A DNA stretch of 64,000 nucleotides from Microcoleus sp. (lineage in GTDB: Bacteria > Cyanobacteriota > Cyanobacteriia > Cyanobacteriales > Microcoleaceae). The stretch is taken from positions 1,056,001-1,120,000 of the forward strand of contig CP181291.1 of the NCBI GenBank assembly GCA_052279835.1. Reading direction: 5' to 3'. Below the pieces are notes generated by a model, which was not told the DNA's origin, did not search any database, and worked only from the letters and a program-made list of their open reading frames with translations. The first letter of the stretch is position 1; every line of letters starts with the position of its first letter. The translations under genes and the position numbers were made by a program. Of the stretch, positions 28,714 through 39,547 are shown in pieces.

Positions 28714-29211
28714 TTATGGTTTGTTTAAACGCAAACCGATAATTACTACATCTCTTTCAACTCCATCAAGTTCGGCGACTTGTGGTAGATGTCCCCAAGT
28801 CTGAAATCCAAATTTATTGAACAATTTTAAGCTTGGTTGATTGTGGGCAAAAATTATGCCGATTAAGGTTTTAATTCCTAATTCGGGACAGCGCCGAATT
28901 GCCTGTTGGAGTAATTTTTGTCCGACTCCGCAGCATTGGCGATCGGGTGCGATGTAAATGCTCACTTCTGCTGTATGCTGATAGGCGGCGCGCCCGTAAA
29001 AACGTTGCAAGCTCAGCCAGCCAATGATATTTTGTTCTGATTCTATTACCCAAATTGGTAAGGAATCAGGGGAATGTTCTCTGTACCAAGCAAGCCGACT
29101 TTCGACGGAGATTGGTTCTAAATCTGCTGTAGCCGATCGACCTGGTATGGCTGCGTTGTAGATTTGGACAATGGCTGGTAAGTCGTTTTCACCTGCGTCG
29201 CGGATTTTCAT
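28714..29211 (-). CDS. GNAT acetyltransferase, phosphinothricin/methionine-sulfoximine type
   Basis: IRDA..DLPAI..IYN, YGR.AY..TAEVSIY, N..SL.LF.KFGF. Confidence 0.88.
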   Translation of the reverse strand: MKIRDAGENDLPAIVQIYNAAIPGRSATADLEPISVESRLAWYREHSPDSLPIWVIESEQNIIGWLSLQRFYGRAAYQHTAEVSIYIAPDRQCCGVGQKLLQQAIRRCPELGIKTLIGIIFAHNQPSLKLFNKFGFQTWGHLPQVAELDGVERDVVIIGLRLNKP

Positions 29212-29275
29212 AATTTGATTATTTGTTATTTGTTATTGGTTATTGGCGGCGCTGCCTATAACCAATAACCAATCA

Positions 29276-30349
29276 CTACTGATTATTATACAGTTGCATA
29301 ACATCGCTAATCGCCATTCTCGAATGCGCTCCTAAAGTTAATGGTGATGTGTGTCCTTGGTTCAAGTGTTCCGCTGCTGCACAAGCAATCATGGCTGCAT
29401 TGTCTGTACAATACTTTAAAGGCGGAAACAATACTCGTAGATTGTGTTTAGCTGCTGCGGTTTGTAAGTGCTGTCGCAATCCACTGTTAGCCGCGACTCC
29501 GCCACCGATCGCAATAGTGTTGAGTCCCAGATTGACTGCACAGGCGATCGCCCTTTTTGTTAAACTCTTAGCCACAGTCTCTTGAAAACTAGCCGCTATA
29601 TCATTAATCATAGATTCAGGCAAGATGCCTTCGCTACCAAAATGATTATTTTCTTTCTTGAGTTTCTGCACTAATTGCAAAACAGCAGTTTTCAATCCAC
29701 TAAAACTACTGTCATAGGGATGATAACCACCTTCAGGTAACGAAATTCTACCTTCTGGTAGAGGAAATGCTGTAGGATTGCCCACTGTTGCCAATTTGTC
29801 AATTAGTGGCCCGCCGGGATAGCCTAGCTGCAACAGTCTTGCAACTTTATCAAAAGCTTCCCCGGCTGCGTCATCGCGAGTTTGTCCTACAGTTTCATAA
29901 ACGCCACAATCTTTGACATGAATTAAACTGGTGTGCCCCCCTGAAACTAACAGACACAAAAATGGTGGCTGCAACTCTGGTTCGGTAAGGTAAGAAGCAT
30001 AAATGTGTCCTTCTAGGTGGTGTACGCCTACAAAGGGTTTTTGGTGGACGATTGCCAAGGTTTTTGCCGCTGTCAGCCCGACTAACAATGCGCCTACTAA
30101 GCCGGGGGCGCAGGTGGCTGCAATCCCGTCAATTTCTGACCAAGTGAGGTTGGCATCAGACAGACACTGGGCAATTACTTGATTTAACATTTCTAAGTGA
30201 CTTCGTGAAGCCACTTCTGGAACCACCCCGCCGTACTGCTGGTGGATTTTAATTTGTGATGCTACAACATTGCTGCAAACTTGACGATTCTTAACAATTG
30301 CTGCGGCAGTTTCGTCACAACTTGTTTCAATTGCGAAAACGGTTGCCAT
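29276..30349 (-). CDS. tsaD: tRNA t6A threonylcarbamoyltransferase TsaD
   Basis: [47 protein letters not shown]. Confidence 0.97.
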   Translation of the reverse strand: MATVFAIETSCDETAAAIVKNRQVCSNVVASQIKIHQQYGGVVPEVASRSHLEMLNQVIAQCLSDANLTWSEIDGIAATCAPGLVGALLVGLTAAKTLAIVHQKPFVGVHHLEGHIYASYLTEPELQPPFLCLLVSGGHTSLIHVKDCGVYETVGQTRDDAAGEAFDKVARLLQLGYPGGPLIDKLATVGNPTAFPLPEGRISLPEGGYHPYDSSFSGLKTAVLQLVQKLKKENNHFGSEGILPESMINDIAASFQETVAKSLTKRAIACAVNLGLNTIAIGGGVAANSGLRQHLQTAAAKHNLRVLFPPLKYCTDNAAMIACAAAEHLNQGHTSPLTLGAHSRMAISDVMQLYNNQ

Positions 30350-30484
30350 TAACTGGTAATTTTATTTGATAGGTTGGCTATTGCTAGCTTAAACTGTCAA
30401 CAGAGCAGTAATCTGGATGACCGATCAACAAGTTGAAATGCTTGTACAAAAACTTATTGTTTTGTAACAAAAGGAAACAATTTC

Positions 30485-30973
30485 ATGCGACGATTGTTTG
30501 CTGCGATTTTAGTGGTGAGTCTTTGGATTAGTTTTGCTCCTGTAGCCTCGGCTTACAATTTAGTGCCGTGCAAGGACTCCCCCGCCTTCAAGGAACTGGC
30601 TCAAGATGCCCGTTCTACCAATGGCGACCCGGCATCAGCAAAGGCCAGATTCGAGCGTTACTCCGAAGCTTTATGCGGCCCGGAAGGATATCCTCACTTA
30701 ATTGTGGATGGCAATTTGAGTTACGCCGGCGACTTTTTAATTCCCAGCGTGCTGTTTTTGTATATTGCTGGCTGGATTGGTTGGGTTGGCCGCGCTTATC
30801 TCCAAGCAGCTAAGAAATCTGACTCTCCAGAGGAAAAAGAGATTATTATCGATGTTCCTTTGGCGGTCAAGTTTATGCTGAGTGGCTTTTTGTGGCCTCT
30901 GGCTGCTCTTAAGGAAATCACTACTGGTGAAATGTTTGCGTCTGACGACGAAATTACCGTTTCCCCTCGCTAG
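30485..30973 (+). CDS. psaF: Photosystem I subunit III
   Basis: [44 protein letters not shown]. Confidence 0.97.
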   Translation: MRRLFAAILVVSLWISFAPVASAYNLVPCKDSPAFKELAQDARSTNGDPASAKARFERYSEALCGPEGYPHLIVDGNLSYAGDFLIPSVLFLYIAGWIGWVGRAYLQAAKKSDSPEEKEIIIDVPLAVKFMLSGFLWPLAALKEITTGEMFASDDEITVSPR

Positions 30974-31102
30974 TAATTTGGGATTTGAGATTTTAGATTT
31001 GAGATTTTAGCTGGTTGACTCATGCCAATTTTAAAATCCTCAATCTAAAATCTGTTCGCGCATTGTTTTTAAAGTTGTCTAAATTTTCGAGGAGCAGTAT
31101 TT

Positions 31103-31231
31103 ATGCAATACTTTCTGAAGTATCTTTCAACCGCACCAGTATTGGCAGCAGTTTGGATGGTGGTAACGGCAGGAATTTTGATCGAGTTCAACCGTTTTTT
31201 TCCTGACTTGCTTTTCCACCCGCTGCGCTAG
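31103..31231 (+). CDS. psaJ: Photosystem I subunit IX
   Basis: [42 protein letters not shown] with GAGGAG RBS; below the ORF-track cutoff. Confidence 0.95.
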   Translation: MQYFLKYLSTAPVLAAVWMVVTAGILIEFNRFFPDLLFHPLR

Positions 31232-31426
31232 AATTTAAGTTGATTTAGGTGGGAAAACCTAGGTCAAAAAAATTGAGAGTTGTGGTTTTTGAGTTCTGAT
31301 ATATCCAGTTATTTCAAAGCTCAAAAATCGCAACTCTCACATGACTGTCTTCTAAATGACTCATCATTAATGACTTCTGACTGCTGACTTATAACTCTAA
31401 CTACTGACTACTGACTACTGATATCA

Positions 31427-32239
31427 ATGAAGTCTTATCTCGCCGCAGCAATTCAAATGACTAGCTTGCCTGACCTGGAAAAAAATTTAATCCAGGCAGA
31501 GGAATTAATCGACCTAGCCGTGCGTCAGGGTGCGGAGTTAGTTTCTTTACCAGAAAATTTTTCCTTTATGGGAGAAGAAGAGGAAAAAATTGCTTCTTCC
31601 GAAGCCATCGGGCAACAAAGTGAAAAATTTCTCAAAACTATGGCTCAGCGGTTCCAGGTAATGATTCTGGGCGGCGGATTTCCGGTGCCGACGACGGGGG
31701 GTAAGGTATACAATACTTGCTTGCTAGTCGATCCCAACGGTACTGAGGTAGCAAGGTATGAAAAAGTACATTTATTTGATGTGAATGTGCCCGATGGCAT
31801 TACTTATCGGGAATCGAACACTGTGAAGGCTGGTGCAGATTTGCCGCCGATTTATGTGTCGCCGGAATTGGGGACCCTGGGGCTTTCGGTGTGCTATGAT
31901 GTGCGGTTCCCGGAATTGTACAGGCATTTGTCCCAGCAGGGGGCGGATGTCTTGTTTGTGCCGGCGGCTTTTACGGCTTATACTGGCAAGGATCATTGGA
32001 AGGTTTTGTTACAAGCTAGGGCGATCGAAAATACTTGTTACACGATCGCCCCGGCACAGACTGGACACCACTACGGCCGCCGTCAAACTCACGGTCACGC
32101 GATGATTATCGACCCTTGGGGTGTGGTTTTGGCCGATGCCGGGGATGAACCGGGTGTGGCGATCGCCGAAATTAATCCCGATCGACTAGAACAAGTCCGC
32201 CGCCAAATGCCCTCACTCCAACACCGGGTTTTTCTCTGA
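31427..32239 (+). CDS. Carbon-nitrogen hydrolase (Nit1-like, deaminated glutathione amidase family)
   Basis: LPENF, YEKVHLFD, CYDVRFPE triad, ARAIEN, GHAMIIDPWG. Confidence 0.92.
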   Translation: MKSYLAAAIQMTSLPDLEKNLIQAEELIDLAVRQGAELVSLPENFSFMGEEEEKIASSEAIGQQSEKFLKTMAQRFQVMILGGGFPVPTTGGKVYNTCLLVDPNGTEVARYEKVHLFDVNVPDGITYRESNTVKAGADLPPIYVSPELGTLGLSVCYDVRFPELYRHLSQQGADVLFVPAAFTAYTGKDHWKVLLQARAIENTCYTIAPAQTGHHYGRRQTHGHAMIIDPWGVVLADAGDEPGVAIAEINPDRLEQVRRQMPSLQHRVFL

Positions 32240-32378
32240 AGGATTTTTGAGACCCATGGGTCTCAAAATTGCCGAAATTAATCGCGATCGACTAGAACAA
32301 GTCCGCCGCCAAATGCCCTCACTCCAACATCGCGTTTTTCTCTGAAGGATTTTTGAGACCCATGGGTCTCAAAAATCC
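32165..32378 (+). repeat. 106-bp tandem duplication of the gene 3' end plus palindrome
   Basis: 32165-32268 repeated from 32271; 32-bp perfect palindrome at 32347-32378. Confidence 0.9.
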
Positions 32379-32539
32379 AGTTCTAGTCACGGACAAAACC
32401 AGAATAATTTTAATTAGAGCGAGGAATTGTGTACGTTCGTACACAAATTTTCAGTTGTCGCGAGTGCCGACAGGGAACGCTCTTACCCCCCCGTACAACA
32501 TAATATGTAGAATTGCACGAAATGCGTCTTTTTGGATAA

Positions 32540-33058
32540 ATGAAACACACTCTTTCGGTTTTAGTTGAAGATGAAGCGGGTGTCCTCACCCGAATTGCTG
32601 GTTTGTTTGCCCGCCGGGGTTTTAATATTGAAAGTCTCGCCGTTGGCCCGGCCGAGCAAGTGGGAGTGTCTCGGATTACGATGGTGGTACCGGGAGATGA
32701 CCAAATTATTGAGCAGTTGACTAAGCAACTGTACAAGTTGATTAATGTGCTCAAAGTGCAAGATATAACCGAAATTCCTTGTGTGGAACGGGAATTGATG
32801 TTGTTGAAAGTTAATGCTGCTACCGGGACGCGATCGGAAATAATTGAGTTAGCTCAGATTTTTAGAGCGCGAGTCGTGGATATTGGTGATGATACCCTGA
32901 CTTTGGAAGTAGTCGGAGATCCAGGTAAAATGGTGGCGATCGTCCAGGTGCTCAATAGATTTGGCATCAAGGAAATTGCTCGTACTGGGAAAATTGCTCT
33001 GACGCGGGAGTCGGGAGTAAATACCGAGTTTCTCAAGTCTTTGGAAGCGAAAGTTTAA
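32540..33058 (+). CDS. ilvN: Acetolactate synthase small subunit
   Basis: [36 protein letters not shown] domain. Confidence 0.96.
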   Translation: MKHTLSVLVEDEAGVLTRIAGLFARRGFNIESLAVGPAEQVGVSRITMVVPGDDQIIEQLTKQLYKLINVLKVQDITEIPCVERELMLLKVNAATGTRSEIIELAQIFRARVVDIGDDTLTLEVVGDPGKMVAIVQVLNRFGIKEIARTGKIALTRESGVNTEFLKSLEAKV

Positions 33059-33344
33059 GTTAGTTGACGGTTGACGGTTGACTGTTGACGGTTGACTGTT
33101 GACTGGCGCTTTCAATATTTTGTTGAAAGCTTTGAGAGATACCTCCTTGACAGGAGAGCTTGTTGCTTTCTCTGTCTTGCCATACACGGTTATTCCTGGC
33201 TTAGTCCGGGATTTACCGGATTAAATGTATCTGCATCCCTTATTAAATGAACTTTCACCAAAACTTAATGCTTATATTAATTCACTAAAACAAAAAGCCA
33301 AAGGTTAACAGTCAACCGTCAACAGTCAACCGTCAACAAACTAA

Positions 33345-36300
33345 TTACCATTCTGGTTTAGTTGCTACTAACATGGTTGCGGTATTACTGTCTACAGGTT
33401 TAGAGAAAAAATATCCCTGTCCGTATTCACATTGCAGTGCCCTGAGTAAATTAAGCTGTTCAATAGTTTCTATACCTTCAGCAATTACATTCATGCCCAA
33501 ATGACCGGCTAAAACTAAAATAGTCTGCACTATGGCTTCGTTTCCTTCATCTTCCGTCATCCTGTTCACAAAATCTCGATCGATCTTTAAAGCATCCGTG
33601 GGGAAAGTGTGCAGCCGACTCAAAGAAGAATAGCCAGTGCCGAAATCGTCAATATATAATTGAACCTCTAAACTTTTCAATTCTCCCAGCACAGTCGCTG
33701 CTGATTCCGCATTTTCCATGATTACACTTTCGGTAATTTCCAATTTTAAACTGCCGGGATTGAGCTGAGTTTCTTGTAAGATTTCGCGAATACGTTCGAT
33801 TAAATCTAGCTGTTTAAATTGTTGGTTAGAAAGGTTGACGCTGACAGTTAGATGAGGATGCTCCGGGAATTGCTGATGCCATTGTTGCATCTGCCGGCAA
33901 GCCGATCGCATCATCCACCAACCAATAGGTATAATCAATTTGGTTTCTTCTGCTACCGACATAAAATCAGCAGGAGAGACTACTCCCCGCGGCGGGTGAT
34001 GCCATCGCAGCAGCGCTTCAAAACCGCTGATCGTACCGCTAGTTAAACAAATAATCGGTTGGTAGTAAAGTTGAAACTCCTGGCGTTCTAAAGCGTGGCG
34101 CAGGTCATTTTCTAGTTGCAAAAGGGCGACGGCGCGAGTGTGCATACTTAAGTCAAAAACCTCGTGACGAGCTTTACCCGATGCTTTAGCATGATACATG
34201 GCTGCATCTGCATCTCGCAGCAATTCTTCAGGTCGATCGTACAAAATTTGAAGCTGCTGGATAGGGGGAACGGCGGAGTCGGCAGCAAAGGCAGATAAAC
34301 CAACTTCTATGTTGTTAATATCCCGATCGCCCGCGAGGGATGGTTCCGAATTTTCTGATGACTGCTGCGACAAACCGGAACAAACAATCCCAATACTAGC
34401 ACTGCTAAACACCTGATATTCGTTGAGGTAAAAAGGCTCGGATAGTTCGGTTTGAACTCGATCGGCAATATAAATTGCATCCTCCCTGTCTTTGATATTT
34501 TGCAGCAAAATAGCGAATTCATCGCCACCAAGGCGCGCCACTGTATCTCCATGACGCAAACAAGTTTGCAGCCGCCCAGCGATCGCAATCAGCAATCGAT
34601 CGCCCACTAAATGCCCTAAACTGTCATTGACCACCTTAAAACGGTCAAGGTCAATAAACAAAACCGCAAACAAAAAATTAGGACGACTTTTTGACAAGTC
34701 GATCGCCTCAGACAACCGATCCATAAATAAAGCTCGATTCGGCAAACCAGTCAAGGTGTCGTGCAAAGCGTCATGTACTAACTTTTCTTCGGTTATTTTG
34801 CGATCGGTGACATCTTCCACAGTGCCTTCATAGTAAAGCAAAATTCCCTCAGCATCGCGAACTGCCCTGGCATTCTCCGAAACCCAAATAGCCGTACCAT
34901 CAGCGCGGTAAACTTCCGACTCAAACTCAGACACATAACCGTGTTTTTCGATTTCCGACAAAAACTCACCCCGGCGATCGGGTTCAACATATAGTTGGGT
35001 ATCGATATTTTGTATTTGTATCATCAATTCTGCCGCCGACTCATAGCCATAAATCCTGGCCAAAGCTGGGTTTGCACTGAGGTAGCGCCCGTCTGGACTC
35101 GTCTGGAAAATCCCCTCGCTGGCATTTTCAAAGATGCTGCGATATTTTTCTTCCGCCCGTTGCAGTCCTTCTTCTGCTTGTTTGCGATCGGTAATATCAG
35201 TCAGAGTGCCAATGTAGCCGAGAACTTCCCCACTTTTAGCAATTTCCGGCACCGCTTGCGAAAATACCCAAGTTGTGCGATCGCCCTGGTAAAAACGGTA
35301 CTCTAACTTAAAAGGCAATCTCTCTCTCACCGCCCGATACCACTGCTTCAAAACCCGGTCATGGTCCTGTGGATGCAAAGCTTTAGTCCAACCAGAACCC
35401 AGTGTCTCCGTCAGACTCAGCCCAGCCATCTCCAAAAATCGTTCATTGACGTACAAACACTCTCCAGAAGCATCACCACGAAAAATCCCCACCGGGAGAA
35501 TTTTTTCCAAAGTGTAATACCGTAATTCACTTTCTAGTAGCGCATTAGCCGTTACTTTAGTCTCCGTGATATCAAACATTGCCCCTTGCAGGATCAGAGA
35601 CTGGCTGGCTTCGTCGCGAACCACAATCGCCCGGTCTCGAAACCACAGGACAGTGCCATTACGGGCGATCGCCCGGTATTCTGAAACAATAGGCCCCTCC
35701 GAGGGGATATATTCTCCATCAGCGAATGTCTGTGTAACGCTTTCAGCCAGCACCCGATCGCGATCGTCCGGGTGAACCACTTTCAGCCACAAATTCGGGT
35801 CAGCCTTCCATTCAGCCACAGAATAGCCAAGCCAAGTCTCAATTTGCGGGCTAATATCAAGTTTGATGCTAGGGTTGTTGAGCGGAGAAATGTAGGTGAC
35901 AGTAGGTGCTTGTTCCACAAGAGCACAGTATTTTGCTTCCACAGTGTAGAGTTGTGCTTGCAGTCGCTGCCGCTCTAATTCCGCCGTCGCCCGCGAGGCA
36001 AAGATTTTGAGAATTAATCTAAATTGAGCTACCTTTTCTGGGGAAAAGGGTCGATCGTCGAACAGACAAATAGTGCCTAGGGGTTCGCCGTAGGAGTTGA
36101 CTAGGGAGACTCCCAGGAAACTCCGCGCCCCTCTAGCTAAAGGTCTACGGTCTTGAGGAAAGGTTTCTAGGAGGCAGTCTGGACAGGAGTACATTCCCTG
36201 CTCGATCGTCAGTGATTCGGGAGTATTTGCCGTGTCGAACTCAAAGTTTGGCTGCCGTTGTCGATCGCTCCAAAAGCTGATAACTTGCAATTTAGGACTA

Positions 36301-36524
36301 GAACCATGGCGATCGTGAGACTTGAGCAATTGCGACAGGATGGCGCTGCGAACGAAGAGTGCGGACGCTAAGTGGCGAACTAACGCCTCAAAAAATTCTT
36401 CTCCCGTCGCGCGATCGATACCTGCTAAAATTTTGCCCAGCACATCTTCCTCTAATTGAGAAGCACCACTGACTTGGGGATCGTTACAGGCCAGAGACTG
36501 AATTTCGTATTGAGAACCGTCCAT
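33345..36524 (-). CDS. GAF-PAS-PAS-PAS-GGDEF-EAL c-di-GMP signalling protein
   Basis: HPDD PAS motifs, RLGGDEF, FEALLRW, IDDFGTGYSS. Confidence 0.93.
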   Translation of the reverse strand: MDGSQYEIQSLACNDPQVSGASQLEEDVLGKILAGIDRATGEEFFEALVRHLASALFVRSAILSQLLKSHDRHGSSPKLQVISFWSDRQRQPNFEFDTANTPESLTIEQGMYSCPDCLLETFPQDRRPLARGARSFLGVSLVNSYGEPLGTICLFDDRPFSPEKVAQFRLILKIFASRATAELERQRLQAQLYTVEAKYCALVEQAPTVTYISPLNNPSIKLDISPQIETWLGYSVAEWKADPNLWLKVVHPDDRDRVLAESVTQTFADGEYIPSEGPIVSEYRAIARNGTVLWFRDRAIVVRDEASQSLILQGAMFDITETKVTANALLESELRYYTLEKILPVGIFRGDASGECLYVNERFLEMAGLSLTETLGSGWTKALHPQDHDRVLKQWYRAVRERLPFKLEYRFYQGDRTTWVFSQAVPEIAKSGEVLGYIGTLTDITDRKQAEEGLQRAEEKYRSIFENASEGIFQTSPDGRYLSANPALARIYGYESAAELMIQIQNIDTQLYVEPDRRGEFLSEIEKHGYVSEFESEVYRADGTAIWVSENARAVRDAEGILLYYEGTVEDVTDRKITEEKLVHDALHDTLTGLPNRALFMDRLSEAIDLSKSRPNFLFAVLFIDLDRFKVVNDSLGHLVGDRLLIAIAGRLQTCLRHGDTVARLGGDEFAILLQNIKDREDAIYIADRVQTELSEPFYLNEYQVFSSASIGIVCSGLSQQSSENSEPSLAGDRDINNIEVGLSAFAADSAVPPIQQLQILYDRPEELLRDADAAMYHAKASGKARHEVFDLSMHTRAVALLQLENDLRHALERQEFQLYYQPIICLTSGTISGFEALLRWHHPPRGVVSPADFMSVAEETKLIIPIGWWMMRSACRQMQQWHQQFPEHPHLTVSVNLSNQQFKQLDLIERIREILQETQLNPGSLKLEITESVIMENAESAATVLGELKSLEVQLYIDDFGTGYSSLSRLHTFPTDALKIDRDFVNRMTEDEGNEAIVQTILVLAGHLGMNVIAEGIETIEQLNLLRALQCEYGQGYFFSKPVDSNTATMLVATKPEW

Positions 36525-36739
36525 AGTTATCAGCTTTATAGAAAGATATAGATACCAGCGAACCTGCGCTGTTTTGTAAACAGTAATCCCGATCCAAAAA
36601 AGAACACTTAGATGTTTACTGTACGATTACTACCATTCTCCGAGACGCTGCCTAAAAAAATAACTACATATCCTCACGGATGAGTAACTTAGCAAGGTAG
36701 GATCGGAGGTAGAGCATCTTTAACAATTAACAAAAAAAT

Positions 36740-37741
36740 ATGAAAGCAATTGTTTTTGAAACTCCCGGAACCCCGGAAGTGCTGAAACTGCAAGATATCC
36801 CAGCCCCTACTATACAAAAAGAAACCGAAGTTTTGGTAAGGTTGAGAGCCGCGGGAGTAAATCCGATCGACACTAAGTTGCGGGGGCGCGGTACTTTTTA
36901 TCCCGATCGAACTCCTCACGTTTTGGGCTGTGACGGTGCAGGAGTTGTTGAAGCCGTAGGTTCTGGCGTACAAAGTTTTCAAGTTGGGGACGAAGTTTTC
37001 TTCTGCAACGGTGGCTTAGGCGGTCCGACAGGGACTTATACTGAGTTGGCAGTGATAGACGAGCAGTTTCTCGCCCTCAAGCCTGCTAGTTTAAGTTTTG
37101 TTCAGGCGGCGGCGTCACCGTTAGTCTTAATTACAGCATGGGAATCGCTGTACGATCGCGGACGCTTGCTTGCAGGTCAAAAAGTTTTGGTTCAAGCAGG
37201 TGCTGGCGGTGTCGGCCATGTCGCCATACAGTTGGCCAAATTACAGGGTGCGGAGGTTTGCACTACCGTCAGTTCCCCGGAAAAAGCCGAATTTGTCCAA
37301 CAATTAGGAGCAGATTCAGTTATTTTCTATAAAAAAGCCGATGTTGTCGATGAAATTTTGACTTGGACCCAAGGAGAAGGAGTCGATTTAGCCTTCGATA
37401 CCGTTGGGGGAGAAACTTTTTACCAAACTATTCCGGCTGTAAAAATTTATGGAGATTTGGTGACAATTTTGGAACCAGATCCCGCTTTAGGCAATTTGAA
37501 AACCGCCCGAATGCGAAATCTGCGCATCAGTTTGGAATTAATGTTAACCCCAATGTTGCAAGGTTTGGTAGAAGAACAGCAACAGCAGGCTCGTATTTTG
37601 CAGCAATGTGCCCGTTTGTGCGATCGTAACTTACTAAAAATTCACGTCAGCCAAACTTTCCCCCTAGAACAAGCCCAAGCCGCTCATCAATTACTAGAAA
37701 CAGGTTCCGTAACAGGTAAAATTGTGTTGCAGATTTCCTAA
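36740..37741 (+). CDS. MDR-family NAD(P)H:quinone oxidoreductase / alcohol dehydrogenase-like protein
   Basis: AAGVNPID, AGAGGVGH, GKIVL. Confidence 0.9.
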   Translation: MKAIVFETPGTPEVLKLQDIPAPTIQKETEVLVRLRAAGVNPIDTKLRGRGTFYPDRTPHVLGCDGAGVVEAVGSGVQSFQVGDEVFFCNGGLGGPTGTYTELAVIDEQFLALKPASLSFVQAAASPLVLITAWESLYDRGRLLAGQKVLVQAGAGGVGHVAIQLAKLQGAEVCTTVSSPEKAEFVQQLGADSVIFYKKADVVDEILTWTQGEGVDLAFDTVGGETFYQTIPAVKIYGDLVTILEPDPALGNLKTARMRNLRISLELMLTPMLQGLVEEQQQQARILQQCARLCDRNLLKIHVSQTFPLEQAQAAHQLLETGSVTGKIVLQIS

Positions 37742-37906
37742 GTACAAGGAAGCAAGTCCAACGACTGCGTTTACCGACATCGCGAAGTAGAACGATACCC
37801 AACCGCTTCAGGAAGAAAGCAACCCCTCTCACCCCCCAAGGGGGTCAGCAACCAGGTAAATCTCCAATCTCCAATCTTCAATCCCAAATCCCAAATCCGA
37901 AATCGA

Positions 37907-39067
37907 ATGGCTGACAAACCTTATTCCATCCTTTCCTGCGACGGTGGCGGCATCCGCGGCCTAGTTTCCGCCATTATTTTAGAAAAATTGGAACAAAAAC
38001 TACGCCAAAAAGCTCCCGATAAAAAACTCAGAGATTATTTCGATTTGATGGCCGGCACTTCCGCAGGAAGCATGACAGTTTGTGCTGTAGCTAGAGGAAT
38101 TGATGCTAGCCGCATCAAAAAAATGTACATCGAAAGAGGCATAGAAATATTCCCACCTTTCAAAAATGTCTTTAGTAGTTTTATCAACCGTCTTTCCGCA
38201 GGTTTTTCCACTCAGCCCATCTACGATGGTGTAGGTTTAAAACAAGTGCTTCAGGCATTTTTTGGACAAGGAGAAATCAATTTTGAAAAACTCCCCAAGC
38301 CAATCAAACCCGAAAATTTAGTGGGCAAACCCTTACTATTTCAAGAGTTGCCAAAACCAGTTTTAATTACCAGTTACGACATTTATAATCGCCAACCAGT
38401 TGTTTTCAAGAATACCAAAGTTGCCCACGAAAAAATCCCTGTTTGGGAAATTTGTCGCTCCTCTGCTGCCGTACCCATTGCCTTTCCTGCCCACATCATG
38501 AACAATCCCGACTTTCTCAAAAATTGGGAGGAAGAGGGCCATCAAATCCCCGTAGGCGGCAATATCAAAGGTATTCCTTTAATAGACGGCGGATTTGTCG
38601 CCAGTAACCCAGCATTATGTGCGATCGCAGAACGTTTGCGCTGGAATAGCAATCCCCCTGCTAATCCCAAATGGCGACAAAATCCTGCTAGCCCCTGGCG
38701 CGATACAGTCGATATCCAAGATATTTTAGTCACCTCTTTAGGCACCGGTCAAAATCTCAAACAAATCGGCATTGCACAATCCCAAACCTGGGGTGCGGGA
38801 GAATGGATTAATCCCCTAGATGGTATCCCCATTATTGATGTTTTTGCCGATGGTTCCTCCGACGGCATCATTTATATCATCAATCAATTAATGAATGCCG
38901 AGCAATATGTTCGCTTTCAACCAAGATTGTCAAAAAACTATTCTGCATTCAATGCGAATCAACAAATACTTTTGGAAATCCAGCAAGAAATTGAAAAATC
39001 ATTTTTAACCAATAAGAAAGAAGATGAAAAACTGAATAAATTGGCTGATATTCTGTTGTCCCGTTGA
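37907..39067 (+). CDS. Patatin-like phospholipase
   Basis: DGGGIRG, GTSAG, SSAAVP and IDGG motifs. Confidence 0.9.
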   Translation: MADKPYSILSCDGGGIRGLVSAIILEKLEQKLRQKAPDKKLRDYFDLMAGTSAGSMTVCAVARGIDASRIKKMYIERGIEIFPPFKNVFSSFINRLSAGFSTQPIYDGVGLKQVLQAFFGQGEINFEKLPKPIKPENLVGKPLLFQELPKPVLITSYDIYNRQPVVFKNTKVAHEKIPVWEICRSSAAVPIAFPAHIMNNPDFLKNWEEEGHQIPVGGNIKGIPLIDGGFVASNPALCAIAERLRWNSNPPANPKWRQNPASPWRDTVDIQDILVTSLGTGQNLKQIGIAQSQTWGAGEWINPLDGIPIIDVFADGSSDGIIYIINQLMNAEQYVRFQPRLSKNYSAFNANQQILLEIQQEIEKSFLTNKKEDEKLNKLADILLSR

Positions 39068-39179
39068 CTGACAAGTAAATCCACCTAATTAAACGTAAGA
39101 TACAGGTGGCTAAAAAGCTTACTGTATGAGCATTCTTCACGTCGATCTTCTTCCTTCTTCATTCTTCCTTCCTTCGACT

Positions 39180-39449
39180 TATCAAATCCTGTATTCATCT
39201 CTCTGTGTTCTCTGCGTTCTCTGCGGTTAAATAATATAAAATCCTGTCTTCATCGTCCTGTATTAAAACTCTCTCTTCTCTTGCTTCGCGTACTTCGCGC
39301 CTTCGCGGTTAAATCATTGCGACGATACAACCGGAATTGATATAATATCGTTTCCGGCTGCATCGGAATGATTTAACCTTACTAGAACGCAGAGAACACA
39401 GAGGGAGAGAAGAGAGATGAATAATTCCGATGTTACCGGATTTGATATA
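39180..39449. repeat. Composite of MITE-like units with TATCAAATCC(G/T)G...CCGGA(A/T)TTGATATA ends and 9-mer repeats
   Basis: Ends at 39180, 39236, 39343, 39346 and 39449; internal ctctgcgtt/cttcgcg repeats. Confidence 0.6.
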
Positions 39450-39547
39450 ACTCCCCTAAAATTCAAAAATAGACGGGATTTTGTATATATGTTATGCCAG
39501 GATACCCGACTTTTTAACAAAGTCGGGTACTTAACATAAAATGACGA

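Noticed and set aside
37742..37860. Possible structured RNA (SRP/6S) after the oxidoreductase gene
   Set aside because: No diagnostic motif could be matched by eye; an Rfam scan is needed.
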